A stretch of DNA of 53,837 bases, counting the filler, from Squatina squatina (lineage: Eukaryota), in assembly GCA_031763465.1 (NCBI GenBank). It is 3 parts of 3 records of this genome, joined end to end, with 100 filler letters (N's around TTAATTAATTAA, not from the genome) between each part and the next. Parts side by side here need not be neighbours in the genome. Positions count along the whole stretch, not along the records: positions 40,278 to 53,837 come from JARFOE010000219.1; 2 more parts are not named here. One strand, written 5' to 3'. Numbering within the stretch: the stretch's first letter is position 1; each line of letters starts with the position of its first letter. A program made the position numbers and the translations under genes. Below the pieces are notes generated by a model. It had not been told where the DNA came from. It saw only the letters and a program-made list of their open reading frames with translations, and searched no databases. Shown here in pieces: positions 45,055 through 53,837 of the stretch.

Positions 45055-47255
45055 GTGAGCGTTATTACTGATTGCAGGTACTGCATATCTGGCACTTAAC
45101 TGAGATCTGTGGTGTTGGGTAATTATAGTTCGAAAGAAATTTACAGATGCTGCTGAGTTTCAGTATCCCTTCAGAATCCTAATGGGATTTATATAGTTAC
45201 AACAAGCTGTACATAGGAATGGATTTCCATGCACCCTCCCTTCGAAAAATAAAATCTCTTCAGTAGAGCTCCAAAGAAATACAATTGCAGTGTTGCATAC
45301 TTGAAGCTTACTATAACTGGACTGCCTCTAGCAAGTTAGTGTACTAGTGTATGTGGTACCTGCTATGGTAGCAAAAGGTTTCTTTTACTTTTTTTCACTG
45401 AGTTTAACCATGTGGCCGAGATAGCACCAGTGGTGGACAAGCTTTTGCCACGGTTCATTTTTCCTGCGTTTTGAGAAAAGAATGAAATGATCCCCGCTCT
45501 CTTTCTTTCTTCCACCCACTCCCCATCTGCTTTGATGGTAAGGCCCCTTAATTAAAAAAATGAATCTGCTGAACAATCCTGAATCTGAATGTGAATGAAA
45601 ACATTGGTTTAATATGGGAGGCTTTGCTCTTCCTGTTGTGAGTGGATGAATTCCATATAAAATCATTGAACATGTCCCATGATTCTAAAGACACATGCCT
45701 TGTAATTCATTTGAGCTTTTTATTTGAACTGTCATGAATTTGGCTGCACGATGCTTGTTTGAAGCTTGAAATGGATATTTTCTTACTGGATGATTGAGTC
45801 CTCTCAGCCTAACATGTGCCCGAGTTTTTAATTTTGTTTTGCCGAGTGGATTTGTTTTGGGCATTTCCAGTGGCCTGACGGGAATGCCACTGAAGCACAA
45901 CAGGTTTTCAGTCAGATCCCAGAGGGGCGAGAGATTTCACTGAACACTAAAATTGGAACAAATAACTTGTGCAGATACTTGAGCTGCATGGTAAAAGGTT
46001 AGCAATCTTTTTCAATCATGCCTGCACGATATAATCTTAATGTATTTGATGCTGGTTAGTGCCAAGAGATCTGTAATTTGTGTGTAGATGGCATTGGTGA
46101 GGTGGTGTGATCTATCCACATTTTGTATTATAATTCTGTTGGAATAATTTGTACGATTCTGGACCTCGGACTCTTGAATTACTCCAGGCCTTTCTGTTGT
46201 ACATTTATTCTAGTTATATCTCACTGCATCAGTGAGAGAGAGAGAGAGAGACCACAGTCACCAGCCTACAACAGAACTCTTTGTATAAATTGTTTGCGTT
46301 TTTCACAACTTGTGTTCCATCTGACATGTCTGCAGATTTGAGGTACAACCATTTAAGCTGTAAATTATCCATAGATGATTTAATATGTTGGCAATTGGTG
46401 TGTTATATTGTCGTTATCCTAAAGATTGACATCTCTCCAATATATTAAAATTCATTATGGTAAGCTGTCTCATTCTCTGTCAAAAATAATCAGATTTTTA
46501 CTAAAATGATTTGGGAGTTTCTGTGTATATCTCAAAATGCAAACCGTTATCAAAACACATGAGAAATTAATCCTCCGCTTTGGTGTTGGGTATTTTTTCT
46601 GTATTTTGCAGTCCAGCTAATTAGCATTGCGAGACTCTGATTTGAGAATGGACATGACACTCCCCCATTTCAGGCTGAGAAGTAATCTTCTTAAAGTCCT
46701 CGGGCTTCTGAAAATCAGTTGTTTAAAGTTAGAGTAGCAGTTTACAAACTCAGCATTGCCAAAGCTCATTTGTGACCCTAATATCGCAAACTAATTTTAT
46801 TTTCCTGAGTGAGATTCTAATTTTCTTTTCTCCCCTCCTCCCCTGAAAGTGATGACTTGTTTGTGGGCAGCTTCCTGTTACCTCAGCCAAGTGGCTATTG
46901 TAAGTGAATATGGTGACTGTCACAGGCTGTTGACGTGCCAGCAGCACCACAGATCTCCTAATGCTGTCCACACATTCCGCCTGGGGTGAGAATCCTGGCT
47001 GGGTTTGCAGAATGGAATTTTAAACCAAATCTGTGCAGGTGACCAGCATTATTGGCCCCATAAAATTCATATTGTATTATTTCTTCATATTGTTAATCAG
47101 ATCATTGAAGATAATAGAGAGCAAAATAAAAGCATTGATTGTTAAAACTATTGTTTCAGAAATGTCGTACAATAGTTAAGATGCGTATACAGCTGCCCAG
47201 AAGGGTGATGTGATGGCTTGCTTTTCTGTAGAAGTCCTGTCTGTTTGTTGATGAG

Positions 47256-47654
47256 GTGTCAGCCGTGGATCAGTGGCAGCACTCTTGCCTCTTGAGTCAG
47301 AAGATTGAAGGTTTACGCCCCATTCTAGCACTTAAGCACATAATCTAAGCAATACTGAAGGAGTGCTGTACTTTTTGGAGGTGCCGTCTTTCAGATGAGA
47401 CGTTAAACATCTACTCTCTCAGGTAGACATAAAAGATCCCACAGCACCATTCGAGATCGAGCAGGGGAGTCCTCCCAGTGACCTGGCCAATACTTATCCC
47501 TCAACCAAGATGACTTTAAAAAAAAAACTGATTTATCTGATCATTTAGCTCATGCTGTTTTTGGTACCTTGCTTTGCACAAGTTGGCTACTGCATTTCCT
47601 GACATTGTAACAGTGATTACAATTAAAAAAAGTATCTCATTGGCTGAAAAGCAC
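47256..47654 (+). mobile_element. tRNA-derived Deu-domain SINE (SacSINE1-like), near full length
   Basis: tRNA-like head, then gtgccgtctttcagatgagacgttaaac...aaaagatccc...gagcaggggagt...ctggccaatacttatccctcaacc. Confidence 0.8.
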
Positions 47655-50267
47655 NNNNNNNNNNNNNNNNNNNNNNNNNNNNNNNNNNNNNNNNNNNNNN
47701 NNNNNNNNNNNNNNNNNNNNNNNNNNNNNNNNNNNNNNNNNNNNNNNNNNNNNNGCAGCAGATTTGGCTGGAGAATGCAAAATCTGGCTGTGTAGCAGAT
47801 CGTAAAGGGCTGCTGCCTTCCTCTCCCAGGATATGGCATGGCTGCGGTGGAGTGGAAGGGGTGGGTAATGGGTTTAATGTTGAATTAGAAGGGGGCTTGA
47901 ACGAAACCAGGTGCTGCTCGCTGCGAGACCAGTATCTGCAAGATAGGGGGGGAACTGTGTGGAAAGGACCATCAGCTTTTACAAGTTCAAATCCAGCGGC
48001 TACATAAAGCTCACAGGGGCTTATTAGAGAGAAAAGGGAAATACAAGCAGTTCTACCAAAGGAAGTCAGTGCCCGGGATTTTGATTCTACTCTTCAGGAA
48101 TACTCAACACTTGAAAGGAAATATCAGGTAGGTTTAATCTGTAAGGTTGCAATAAATAGCTGCAAACATCTCATTATCCAGGTGATCACAGGAGGGTCAG
48201 TTTGTCACCTCAGAAGATCTTAAGTGCCATTTCCTCTGTAAAGTGGTGTATTCTATTGAGCATTAATGGAAAATATATGTGAAGTGGGGATCTGATGAAA
48301 CGGTGATTGTTTTGACATATGTCAAACTCACAGTAATCCCACCGTGTAACATTTTAATCCTGACAATCGAAAGATTACCAGATGGTGATTAAACACAATT
48401 AGTGAATCCTTTTAACTTAAACATAAAAAAACCTAATTTCCAGCAAAAGCCACAGATTTATGGTACTTCTGTCACAAATTCATTCTTCAAATCGNNNNNN
48501 NNNNNNNNNNNNNNNNNNNNNNNNNNNNNNNNNNNNNNNNNNNNNNNNNNNNNNNNNNNNNNNNNNNNNNNNNNNNNNNNNNNNNNNNNNNNNNCCCGGT
48601 GACGGTCAGTGCCCGCGGCACTGTACCCCGGTGCTGGTCTGTCCGATTACGCCTCTGCCACACCTTGGGGCTGTTTTCTGCATTAAAGATGTTATATAAA
48701 TGGAAGGTGTTATTAATTGTAATGTAAATCAATCAGCCGTTCCTGAGCGCAGACATGTATTGTTCCAGATCTCTGAATGCTAACAATCTCTTGTCGCCTG
48801 GCCATACTATTTAATGCCATTGGCAGTTTACTTATGGATATGTGACTCCAAATCATTTTTGAAAAATGTGAACAGCATCGAGAATCCATAATTAACTCCC
48901 CAAGTGACCTCTACCAAGCCACAGCTTTATCATTCATTAACCACTGACTTTCTATTGTCAAGCTAATCTGTCATTAATGCCATTAGCCCTTCATTAAAAG
49001 CCTCTAATAGACTGTTCTTGCTGTAAATGGAATAAAGTTCCAACATGAAACGTTGCAATGCATTGTCAATAACCAGGGAGGATTGCATGTGCCTTAGTTA
49101 CCAGTGTGCTGGGCAACTGCACTTGCTGAATCGCTGACTCTCCAATGTACTAGAAGATCTGAAGAATTCTCACAAGCTGTTCTCACGTTTTGCACCAGTG
49201 AACACTTTAAGTCTGTGTTGTGACAGCAACAGTTTTTCCTTCTCTCTTCTGTATTCTTTACCAATGGAAAGTCACTTCAGACAGCCATAAGTTGCTGGCA
49301 AGAAAGAAATGACCTATTTCCATTGTGTGTTTAACAAAGCTCCCTCGCCCCATTGCTGCTCAGATAAGGCTCCGGCCACTCACTGGAATGCAATTGCTGC
49401 ATTTTTTATTAATATTCTTGGGCCATGGGCAAAACTGGCAAAGCTGCATCCATTACCCAGTTGCCCTGTTAAGAGTGAACCACATAGTGTAGGACATATC
49501 AGCCAGACTGGGTAAGGATGGCAAGCAGGTTCCCTTCGCAGAAGGACATTAGTAAGCCTGTTGCGATTTACAACAATCCAGCAGCTTTCATTGTCCTTTT
49601 CAAATGGCCAGATTTATTGAATTCAATTTCACAATTTACCAAAGTGAGATTTGAACCCACAACCTTTACTACCATAACCGCTAGGCTACAGCAGGACTTT
49701 AGATTTTAATTCCCATTAAAAGAGTGGAGTTACCTCTCGGTGACAGTGACAGAAGCTAAGACCTACAGAAAAGTTGTCATGTGTACAGATTGGCACTGTA
49801 AATACATTTCCCACAATATTTCCATGTACNNNNNNNNNNNNNNNNNNNNNNNNNNNNNNNNNNNNNNNNNNNNNNNNNNNNNNNNNNNNNNNNNNNNNNN
49901 NNNNNNNNNNNNNNNNNNNNNNNNNNNNNATCACGAATTGGCCACCCTGTTTATACTATGGTATAGAACCAGACCTTAGCAACAGCTAAGTGAAGCAGTG
50001 GCTAATTAGCCAGTGCTGTGTTTGTGTGATGTTTTCCCTACACTTTTGTGTCTGAAGGTGTTCCCTCATTTACTCCTGAAGAAGGAATAGAGGCTTCAAA
50101 TGCTTCAGTTTCTGAAAAAGAGTCATTTGTACCATTTTCTGGATGATTCACTGTGCAACGAACAATACAGTGCTCTCTTAACTCAGTTTTTTTGCACCAC
50201 GAATTGTGCAGTCATTTGAATTAAGCAACATAAATAACATCTGAATTATTAGATTCTTTGAATTAAA

Positions 50268-50269
<2 letters not shown>

Positions 50270-50300
<31 letters not shown>
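50270..50300. repeat. (GT)n microsatellite
   Basis: Seen directly. Confidence 0.95.
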
Positions 50301-50302
<2 letters not shown>

Positions 50303-50354
50303 CGTAAGTGTAATGAACGAATTGTTAATTATTGAATTCTAAATCCTTTAACAG

Positions 50355-50471
50355 GTTAAAGATTTGTATCTGCACAGCAAAACTACAGAGAAAGTTAATG
50401 TTTATCTTAAAGGAACAATAACATTGCCAAAGCCAGTGCACTTCAAATCTTCTGTGAAGGACGGTGCCAGT
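50355..50471 (+). CDS. TC2N: TC2N (tandem C2 domains, nuclear) internal exon
   Basis: cag|...|gtaggt, 117 nt, phase 0. Translates [39 protein letters not shown], matching recalled [20 protein letters not shown]. Syntenic with TRIP11. Confidence 0.88.
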
Positions 50472-50913
50472 GTAGGTATTCTTTCATAAATGCCGGACCT
50501 ATTATGAAGCCCATTCTGTAACCATGTAATTCTAATATAACTGTGTTTTTGTCACCATATCCCATCCTGTTCCTAGATTAGTACGAATATTGAACCAAAA
50601 CTGACTATGTATGTTGGGTGTACAGTTATTGCTTTTAACAGAAGATGGTTAGAATTCATTGTGACAAACTTTTTGTCAGAGTCAAACCTATAAATTCTTC
50701 TTAAAGATAATTTAGATGGTTGCTTTTTTTTAAAAAAAAAAGAGGAATATTGAGGGAAGGAGCAGGAGAGTGCGATTGGACTGGTTGGCTCATGTAGAGA
50801 ATTGNNNNNNNNNNNNNNNNNNNNNNNNNNNNNNNNNNNNNNNNNNNNNNNNNNNNNNNNNNNNNNNNNNNNNNNNNNNNNNNNNNNNNNNNNNNNNNNN
50901 NNNNTGTATTACA

Positions 50914-51049
50914 TTCTCACCTGTTTTGTATTCTCACCTATGTTATGTTCTCACCTATTTTGTATTCTCACCTGTTTTGTGTTCTCAACTGTTTTGCATT
51001 CTCAACTGTTTTGCGTTCTCACCTGTATTATGTTCTGACCTGTTTTGGA
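50914..51049. repeat. 17-bp tandem repeat x8 (TTCTCACCTGTTTTGTA) overlapping the CATSPERB splice donor
   Basis: Units start at 50914, 50931, 50948, 50965, 50982, 50999, 51016 and 51033. Confidence 0.92.
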
Positions 51050-51360
51050 GCTTGAAGCTTTGAAGGTAAAATTGACTGTATCATTAAGATCCAAAATTAT
51101 AAAAGAATTCAGAATCACATTGTCAGGTTCCTCAGTCCAGGTGGTACAGATATTTTCAATAATTTTCCACGTGCCATTCCTGGAGCTAATGTCATAAATG
51201 AACCATTTTCCTTCTTCAATTATGGTATAATAATCACATAGCCTTGGCATTGTAGCATGTGCTAGGACAAGGTTACTGCTATTTACTCTAACTATCAGAA
51301 AACTGCAGAGTCCAGGAACAACCACTGTTTTCTCGAAATCATCAGCTTCAAAGCCATAAT
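51040..51360 (-). CDS. CATSPERB: CatSper auxiliary subunit beta, internal exon
   Basis: tttctttcaacag|...|gtcaga, 321 nt, phase 1-1. Translates YGFEADDFEKTVVVPGLCSFLI...ATMP...WFIYDISSRNGTWKIIENICTTW...LDLND, colinear with recalled FEDTDIEKTVVLPGYSSFLI...ATMP...WFLYNFGQRNGRTWKIYSKPCNYW...IDLG. Lies next to TC2N. Confidence 0.88.
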
Positions 51361-52187
51361 CTGTTGAAAGAAATAGGTGGCTTGAATTATTGGTATACCT
51401 CCCATAACATTATTCACAGATCAATGAGTGAAGAGCTAAGAGCAAGCAGGAGTGTGGAGATCAAAACAGGGCAGGAATGAGTAGCAGAATGAGAATTCCT
51501 GACATGCACTGCTACCACACAATGCTCTGTGCCAGGAGTGCTAATTCATAATATCTATCCCAATGTTTAAAAATATTGTGTGCAGTAATATTAAGTACTT
51601 GGAATCAATTTTTGCTCATGAGTGAGATAAAATACGTTATAGTANNNNNNNNNNNNNNNNNNNNNNNNNNNNNNNNNNNNNNNNNNNNNNNNNNNNNNNN
51701 NNNNNNNNNNNNNNNNNNNNNNNNNNNNNNNNNNNNNNNNNNNNCACAATGATGGTGTTTATTCCTATTACTGAATCACTGCTTTCATTGTATATGCCTT
51801 TTTTTTGGCCTGGATTTACTGGGGTTGTAGTACAGATGACATGATGCCACCTTAGAGGTCGCAATGTTACTAATGTATGCCCCTTTGCCCCTCTGCCCCT
51901 CTTTATCAGTGTAAAGAATGTCAGTCAGTAGTGGGAATGAAATGAGTTTTTACACTCTTTGCCCACATTCTCAGCATCCAGCCTGTCCAGCTCAAGGAGA
52001 GGATGGGTTTAGATAGAGTATCTTTTACACTGTCCTTTTTAAATACACTCAGAACTGTTTTGTGCTGTGGAAATATGTCTGCTTGTATAGAATATATCAA
52101 ATGATTACTTTATTTCCCTATATTGAAAGATGGCAATGTTAACCACAGACGATGTCAACTCCCTTGTTTTTCTCCAACCATTTGTAG

Positions 52188-52280
52188 GGTTTCAGCAGCC
52201 TGAGGTTTCGGCCAAATAGAATTCTCAGCTCCCCGGTAGAGGACCTGAAAGTGTCCAAGGTCATAGCGATCATCGACAAG
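52188..52280 (+). CDS. Candidate internal coding exon of an unidentified gene
   Basis: Pyrimidine tract plus tag|, 93 nt, donor AAG|gtaatc. Only phase 0 is open: GFSSLRFRPNRILSSPVEDLKVSKVIAIIDK. Confidence 0.5.
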
Positions 52281-52464
52281 GTAATCATTCCCACCCTTGC
52301 CTTGACCCCACTCCAGTTATGACATAACTTATAGCATTAGTGTTTGCTAAAGTGCAATTGATTCGTAGTAAAAGACTCTTGTAGTTAAATTGTGGATTTA
52401 ATACAATTTTTCAATAATAGTATTTAAAGAAGAACTGATAGTATTGGCATAAGTGAGGTCCTCT

Positions 52465-52666
52465 GTGTCAGCTGTGGCTCAGTAGGTAGCATTCTCACCT
52501 CTAAGTCAGAAGGCTGTGGGTTCAAGTCCTACTTCAGAAACTTGAGCACAAAAATCTAGGCAGACACTCCCAGTGCAGTACTGAGGGAGTGCTGCAGTGT
52601 CAGAGGTGCCATCTTTTGGATAACGTTAAACTGCGCTTTCAGGTGGACAAAAAAGATCCCATGGCA
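52465..52666 (+). mobile_element. Deu-domain SINE 5' half, interrupted by a CR1 3' end
   Basis: Head carries A/B-box-like tggctcagtagg and ggttcaagtcc. The core runs to aaagatcccatggcac and is followed by an agaaacatagaaaataggagc tail. Confidence 0.75.
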
Positions 52667-53837
52667 CAGAAACATAGAAAATAGGAGCAGGAGCAGGAGT
52701 AGGCCATTCGGCCCTTCGAGCCTGCTCCGCCATTCAATATGATCNNNNNNNNNNNNNNNNNNNNNNNNNNNNNNNNNNNNNNNNNNNNNNNNNNNNNNNN
52801 NNNNNNNNNNNNNNNNNNNNNNNNNNNNNNNNNNNNNNNNNNNNTTTTCTTAAGTGGGATTGTATCTGTCCTTTCATGGAAATCACAAACCTGTGACCTT
52901 GCTAATACCTTCGCACATATTTTGTTCAGGAATGTGTTAAAGGATTGGAACTTCTGTTTTATTCTTTGGAATGTGGGTGGCGGGGGGTGGGGGGGTGGGC
53001 AATTTCCTGAGCACACAATGTTGACCAGAAAACTTCCACAGAAAATGGTGGACACTCTGCTCTTGATCTCCGATCTGCGATGGCAGCAGACAAGATTCCC
53101 CTCCTCCTAGTTTGTACCCTGAAAATCACAGCCTCAACCTCCAACTTACTGTTTCTTTTTAAAAAGAAATGCGTTTTGCACTATTCCACCTTGGTGCCAA
53201 ATTTTGAAAGAACGCAGATGTGTAGATAAATAAATTAGTATCAAAAACACCTTAAGCAGCAACAACCACATTAATTACCACCCCTTCGCTAATGGAACCT
53301 GAAGAGGGGCGAATTGAAAAAAGCTAAAAACATATTGTTCATACATGTCCATATTAGAGCTACTTCTATTCTCATGCAGATTGAGCATTCATCTCTTATA
53401 TTGGGCCAAATGAATGGCGACTCTTTCTTTATCTGCCAACTCATTGTGTGTGGACCCCAGCGACAAGACAAAAGGATTAATTTGAATACATTGTGGCAAT
53501 TAAAAAAAAGTAAGCATAAGAGGCTTGGTTCACCATCGCAGCTGCATACACTTGATATGCTTTGGGGGACTAAGGAAGATAACGTCTTGCTTGGAAGGAT
53601 ATTGTGCCTCCCACTCACTCCATAGGGATGTATTTTAGAAGTGGTGTAATTGCATAATGCATTGTGGCGTGATGAGTGCTGGATTGTGAACTATGTCCAT
53701 TCTTTGTCCACCTCTGTGTGCCTGAGGTGAGAGAGAGGAGAAAGTTCATTCACCAGAGCTGCGATGATAGTGAATTATAGCAGCAATTCAATTGGTCATA
53801 AACCATTGAAGGTTTTTCAGAAGAGGAGGCCCAAACT

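Noticed and set aside
52468-52540. tRNA gene
   Set aside because: A/B-box-like head continues directly into the Deu-SINE body and has no proper cloverleaf.

Overview
This is eukaryotic genomic DNA, almost certainly from a cartilaginous fish (shark-like). The assignment rests on spliced vertebrate genes, Deu-SINE/CR1/L2/Penelope repeats, a GPR139-like GPCR and a CatSper-beta exon. The window is not one locus: two artificial N44-TTAATTAATTAA-N44 linkers (23771-23870, 40178-40277) join three unrelated, gap-rich scaffolds. Scaffold A (1-23770) holds the ABCB10 last exon, six NUP133 exons, an intact STX11, two decayed tRNA-Asp relics, an intact tRNA-Leu(TAA) and utrophin 5' exons. Scaffold B (23871-40177) holds the 5' part of a two-exon GPR139-like GPCR missed by the ORF track, a ~7 kb 26-bp tandem array with higher-order structure, a decayed CR1 LINE, a candidate MITE and a ~3.2 kb 21-bp C-rich minisatellite. 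Scaffold C (40278-53837) holds TRIP11 exons, one TC2N exon, one CATSPERB exon whose splice donor lies in a tandem array of donor copies, and an unidentified exon. I found no convincing wholly new biological system and no CRISPR or prokaryotic features. The most interesting leads are the STX11-tRNA-Leu-UTRN conserved arrangement, a candidate utrophin-B-like first exon, the CATSPERB donor array, a candidate poison exon in the GPCR and a minimal hammerhead-like motif. All homology calls come from my recollection of the protein and RNA families, not from database searches.
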